Assembly (NCBI GenBank): GCA_052327205.1
Contig: CM126214.1
Coordinates: forward strand, 176,328,001 to 176,392,000
Reading direction: 5' to 3'
DNA: 64,000 nucleotides
Source of the DNA: Somniosus microcephalus
Taxonomy: Eukaryota
Part shown: piece after piece, positions 61,501 through 64,000 of the stretch
Numbering within the stretch: position 1 is the first letter of the stretch
Layout of the letters: each line of letters begins with the position of its first letter
Position numbers and translations under genes: made by a program
The notes under the pieces: generated by a model
Databases searched by the model: none
What the model was told of the DNA's origin: nothing
The model's input: the letters and a program-made list of their open reading frames with translations, nothing else

Positions 61501-61896
61501 ATATAATTTGCACTGTAACTGGAATGGGGCACCCTGGACTGCATTTAGCATGTATGCACAATGTGACTTTTGGACTGTATCGTACCTTACCATTTTTTTT
61601 ATGTTTTATAAAAGAAGTAGATTTCTGACATTTTAATTTTTTTTTTTTTAAAAAAGGAAAGGGCCTCAGAAAGGCAGAGGCTGAAAGGAAAGGAGGGGAG
61701 GGCGGCCGGTGTAAAGACCAGGCCCCCGGGGGAGAAGCAAAGATCTTGCCCCCTCCCCCGGGCGCTTACCCTTGGCCAGGGCCACGGTGGAGTTGTCCGT
61801 GTCGATGGTGTACAAGATGCCCTCGTAGCGGATCTGCGCCTTGGAGATGAGGCTGATCTTGCTGCCGATGTACGGCGTGCCGCCACCGCCGCTCAT
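37373..61896 (-). CDS. LSM14B: LSM14B (RAP55B/FAM61B), complete; 385 aa without and 431 aa with the cassette exon
   Basis: Exons 61896-61770, 56849-56695, 55519-55384, (53863-53726), 45731-45573, 45331-45248, 40512-40351, 39635-39467 and 37538-37373 join in frame. Lsm domain ([21 protein letters not shown]), DFDF box ([15 protein letters not shown]), FFD box, TFG box and RGG tail ending in RV. AQIRY, DTDN and DIKDIT match LSM14B rather than LSM14A. Confidence 0.92.
38635..39060 (-). mobile_element. CR1 3' fragment
   Basis: atagaatagtacagcacaggaggccattcagc tail; ...gcattccaaatcctaaccac...tcctcttagccttctc. Confidence 0.75.
39467..39635 (-). CDS. LSM14B: LSM14B exon 7 (FFD box)
   Basis: tttag|AT...ACA AG|gtaaag; DDTVHKG...[23 protein letters not shown]. 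Confidence 0.93.
40351..40512 (-). CDS. LSM14B: LSM14B exon 6 (DFDF domain)
   Basis: tttag|GC...AAA G|gtaact; [13 protein letters not shown]...[32 protein letters not shown]. Confidence 0.95.
42084..42415. mobile_element. Tc1/mariner (pogo/Tigger-like) MITE, copy 2
   Basis: TA|caggaaacttt...aaagtttcctg|TA; shares gggaccgagctggtgccgttagatcaaaact with copy 1. Confidence 0.8.
42460..44410 (+). mobile_element. Highly decayed Penelope-like element (RT and GIY-YIG remnants)
   Basis: GVAMG-like aagggtgttgatatg..., GDRFA..H, cttgaggaacagc, tail ctgatgaa...gacctgctgagtgttccagcattt. Confidence 0.7.
45248..45331 (-). CDS. LSM14B: LSM14B exon 5
   Basis: ttcag|TT...TCA G|gtaagt; [28 protein letters not shown]. 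Confidence 0.9.
45573..45731 (-). CDS. LSM14B: LSM14B exon 4 (tandem TAGCAG acceptor; alternative start 45728)
   Basis: [21 protein letters not shown]...EQRK G|gtaggg; contains the SPMVEQxVQT motif. Confidence 0.85.
46600..48303 (+). mobile_element. CR1 LINE ORF2 fragment, frameshifted
   Basis: [69 protein letters not shown]; tail gatgggccgaatggcc. Confidence 0.9.
48400..49870 (+). mobile_element. L2 LINE fragment
   Basis: [54 protein letters not shown]; tail gtgaagcgccttggg...aaatgcaagttgttg. Confidence 0.85.
50050..50735 (+). mobile_element. Old L2 3' fragment
   Basis: gtcacctccagacttgacta (TSRLDY-like); ataaatgcaagtt tail. Confidence 0.6.
53726..53863 (-). CDS. LSM14B: LSM14B candidate in-frame cassette exon (138 nt)
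   Basis: ttaacag|GA...CAG G|gtaacg, phase 1-1, open frame: [46 protein letters not shown]. Confidence 0.7.
55384..55519 (-). CDS. LSM14B: LSM14B exon 3
   Basis: ttccag|TCT...CTA G|gtcagt; [45 protein letters not shown]. Confidence 0.9.
56210..56632 (+). mobile_element. CR1 3' fragment
   Basis: [16 protein letters not shown]...; gatcagccatgatcttactgaatgg tail. Confidence 0.85.
56695..56849 (-). CDS. LSM14B: LSM14B exon 2
   Basis: ggcag|TG...CAG|gtgaat; [52 protein letters not shown]. Confidence 0.95.
57591..58040 (-). mobile_element. Penelope 3' fragment (pLTR)
   Basis: [11 protein letters not shown] end of the GIY-YIG region; same family as 62295-64000; tttgtaaaa(a)gtct on both flanks. 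Confidence 0.85.
59728..59855 (-). mobile_element. Penelope 3' tail with a 12-bp TSD
   Basis: gatagcaaaatactgcagatg...; aaggaagccatg at 59716-59727 and 59856-59867. Confidence 0.8.
59870..60600 (+). mobile_element. Old CR1 ORF2 fragment (region between EN and RT)
   Basis: ccctggatgact (PWMT); atggctgaagcactgaataaatactttgcatttgtcttcac ([13 protein letters not shown]). Confidence 0.65.
60855..60950 (+). repeat. 31-bp minisatellite, 3 copies
   Basis: gacctacatcacgtgagcccagacaggga/cta at 60855, 60886 and 60920. Confidence 0.95.
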
Positions 61897-62165
61897 GGTG
61901 ACGACGGACCTTGCGCGAAGCTGACGAATAATGACGATTTTTTTATTCCTTTCCGCTTACTCCGGGTCTTTTCCTCCAACGCCCCCCCCCCCTACTACCA
62001 CCACCGTGCTTTAAACGCCCGCACCGACCCAATTTCGCCGCCTCACGTCGCTTAAATATGGCGTTAAGGGCCCACCCGGGCTTCGCGGTGCCGCTCCGCC
62101 CCACGCCGCTTCCAGCGACCCCTGCCGCTCAGCGGCCACCGCTGCAGGCTGCGCAGGACACAGAA
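61690..62165. promoter_or_regulatory. LSM14B CpG island / promoter
   Basis: CpG-dense stretch around exon 1; YY1-like AATATGGCG at 62055-62063. Confidence 0.75.
61770..61896 (-). CDS. LSM14B: LSM14B exon 1
   Basis: accATG...AAG G|gtaagc; [42 protein letters not shown]. Confidence 0.95.
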
Positions 62166-62294
62166 AAGGAAGACTTGTATTTATATAGCGCCTTTCACCA
62201 CCACCCACCCAGCCGTCCACCAAAGCGCTTTACAGCCAATGAAGTACTATTTGTTTTGAGGTGTGGTCACTGTAGGAAACATTAGGGGAACGGT

Positions 62295-64000
62295 AATAAC
62301 AACAGAAAATGCTGGAAAAACTCAGCAGGCCAGGTAACATCCGTGGAGAGAAATTAGAGTCGACGTTTCGGGTCTAACCCTTTTTCAAAACTGGAAAGGA
62401 AATGAAATAGATCGAAAGGCAGGGCTGGGAGAGAACAAAAGAAGTGAAGAGACATTAAGAGGTATTCAAAACTAGATGAGATGGTGATAGGACTAGTGGA
62501 GACAAAAGATGGCTCAGATTAGGTGTGAAATGTTCTGGCAGAATGAGAGACAGCTGCCATGTGTGAGAGAGAAAAAAAGGAAAGGGGGGGAGGGAAAAAA
62601 CAAAACAAAGGGGTGGGTAAAAAATGTAAGTAAAAATGTAATAGGGGCCGAGGTTATGATCTGAAATTGTTGAACTCGATATTGAGTCCAGAAGGCTGTA
62701 AAGTGCCTAATCGGAAGATGAGGTGCTGTTCCTCGAGTTTACGTTGAGCTTCCGTGGAACAATGCAAGAGGCCAAGGATGGTGAGGTCCGAGTGGGAATG
62801 GAGCGGTGAATTAAAATGACAGGCAACCGGAAGCTCGGGGTCACCCTTACAGACTGAATGGAGGTGTTCCGCAAAGCGGTCACCCAATCTGCGTTTGGTC
62901 TCCCCAATGTAGAGGAGACCGCATCGTGAGCAGCGGTGTTTGGGGCCCTGGACAGTGGGAAGGTATAGGGACAGGTGTTACATCTCCTGTGCTTGCACGG
63001 GAAGTTGCCAGGCGAAGGGGAAGGGGTGCTGGGGGTGATAGAGGAGTGGACTAGGGTGTCTCGGAGGGAGCGGTCCCTACGGAATGCTGAAAGGGGAGGG
63101 GAAGATGCGTTTGGTGATGGGATCACTTTGGAGGTAGCGGAAATGGTGGAGGATGATCCGTTGAATGTGGAGGCTGGTGGGGTGAAAGGTGAGGACAAGG
63201 GGAACCCTATCGTGGTTCCAGGAGGGAGGGGCAGAGGTGAGGGCAGAAGTGCGGGAGATAGAACGGACACGGTCAAGGGCCGTGTCAACCACGGTAGAGG
63301 GGAATCCTTGGTTGAGGAAAAAGGAAGACATGTCGGAAGCACTGGTGTGGAAGGTGGCATTGTTGGAGCAGATGCGGCAGAGACCGCTTTGCGGAACACC
63401 TCCGTTCAGTCCGTAAAGGTGACCCCGAGCTTCCGGTCACCTGTCATTTTAATTCACCGCTCCATTCCCACTCGGACCTCACCGTCCTTGGCCTCTTGCA
63501 TTGTTCCACGGAAGCTCAACGTAAACTCGAGGAATAGCACCTCATCTTCCGATTAGGCACTTTACAGCCTTCCAGACTCAATATCGAGTTCAACAATTTC
63601 AGATCATAACCTCGGCCCCTATTACATTTTTACTTACATTTTTAATCCACCCCTTTGTCTTGGTTTTTCCCTCCCCCCTCTTTCCTTTTTTTTCTCTCTC
63701 CCACATGGCAGCTGTCTCTCATTCTGCCAGAACATTTCACACCTAATCTGAGCCGTCTTTTGTCTCCACTAGTCCTATCACCATCTCGTCTCGTTTTAAA
63801 AGCTCTTAATGTCTCTTCACTTCTTTTGTTCTCTCCCAGCCCTGCCTTTCGATCTATTTCATTTCCTTTCCAGTTTTGAAAAGGGTTAGACCTGAAACGC
63901 CGACTCTAATTTCTCTCCATGGATGTTGCCTGGCCTGCTGAGTTTTTCCAGCATTTTCTGTTGTTATTTTGGATTTCCAGCATCTGCAGTATTTTGCTAT
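62295..64000. mobile_element. Penelope-like element with an inverted pLTR (minus-strand partial ORF 62295-63380; plus-strand pLTR 63382-64000)
   Basis: GIY-YIG C-terminus GDRFAEHLHSV...PVACHFN...[24 protein letters not shown]; CKHRRCNTC motif; RVPLVLTFHP; arms 62295-62881 and 63382-63968 are reverse complements. Confidence 0.9.

Noticed and set aside
37373-61896. Calling the gene LSM14A
   Set aside because: AQIRY, DTDN, DIKDIT, the short RGG tail ending in RV, and synteny all fit LSM14B.
62707-63556. 230-aa and 193-aa ORFs as host genes
   Set aside because: Off-frame or antisense readings of the Penelope element and its inverted pLTR.

Overview
Vertebrate (eukaryotic) genomic DNA. The repeat content (V-SINE/HE1-like SINE, Deu-domain SINE, CR1, L2, Penelope, Harbinger) points to a cartilaginous fish, probably a shark; this is inference. 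Three intron-containing genes can be built from splice sites and protein recognition. SS18L1 (CREST) is on the minus strand with coding exons 1-3 present and the rest off the left edge. PSMA7 (proteasome alpha-4) is complete on the plus strand (7 exons, 249 aa, one GC-AG intron) and lies head-to-head with SS18L1, 405 bp between ATGs. LSM14B is complete on the minus strand (385 aa, or 431 aa with a cassette exon) and has a 3'UTR intron. This is the SS18L1-PSMA7-LSM14B order known from human 20q13.33. Most other ORFs in the track are retroelement fragments or noise. I found no convincing wholly new protein-coding system. The most unusual signals are: an unclassified CpG-rich dimeric insertion in PSMA7 intron 2; a 28-nt copy of the PSMA7 start region in intron 1; a PSMA7 protein with PSMA8-like and unusual residues; a 227-bp duplication around a chimeric SINE; a palindromic Penelope mini-element with hammerhead-like motifs and a 14-bp TSD; and a 587-bp inverted repeat next to the LSM14B promoter. 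Repeat boundaries were read by eye and are approximate.
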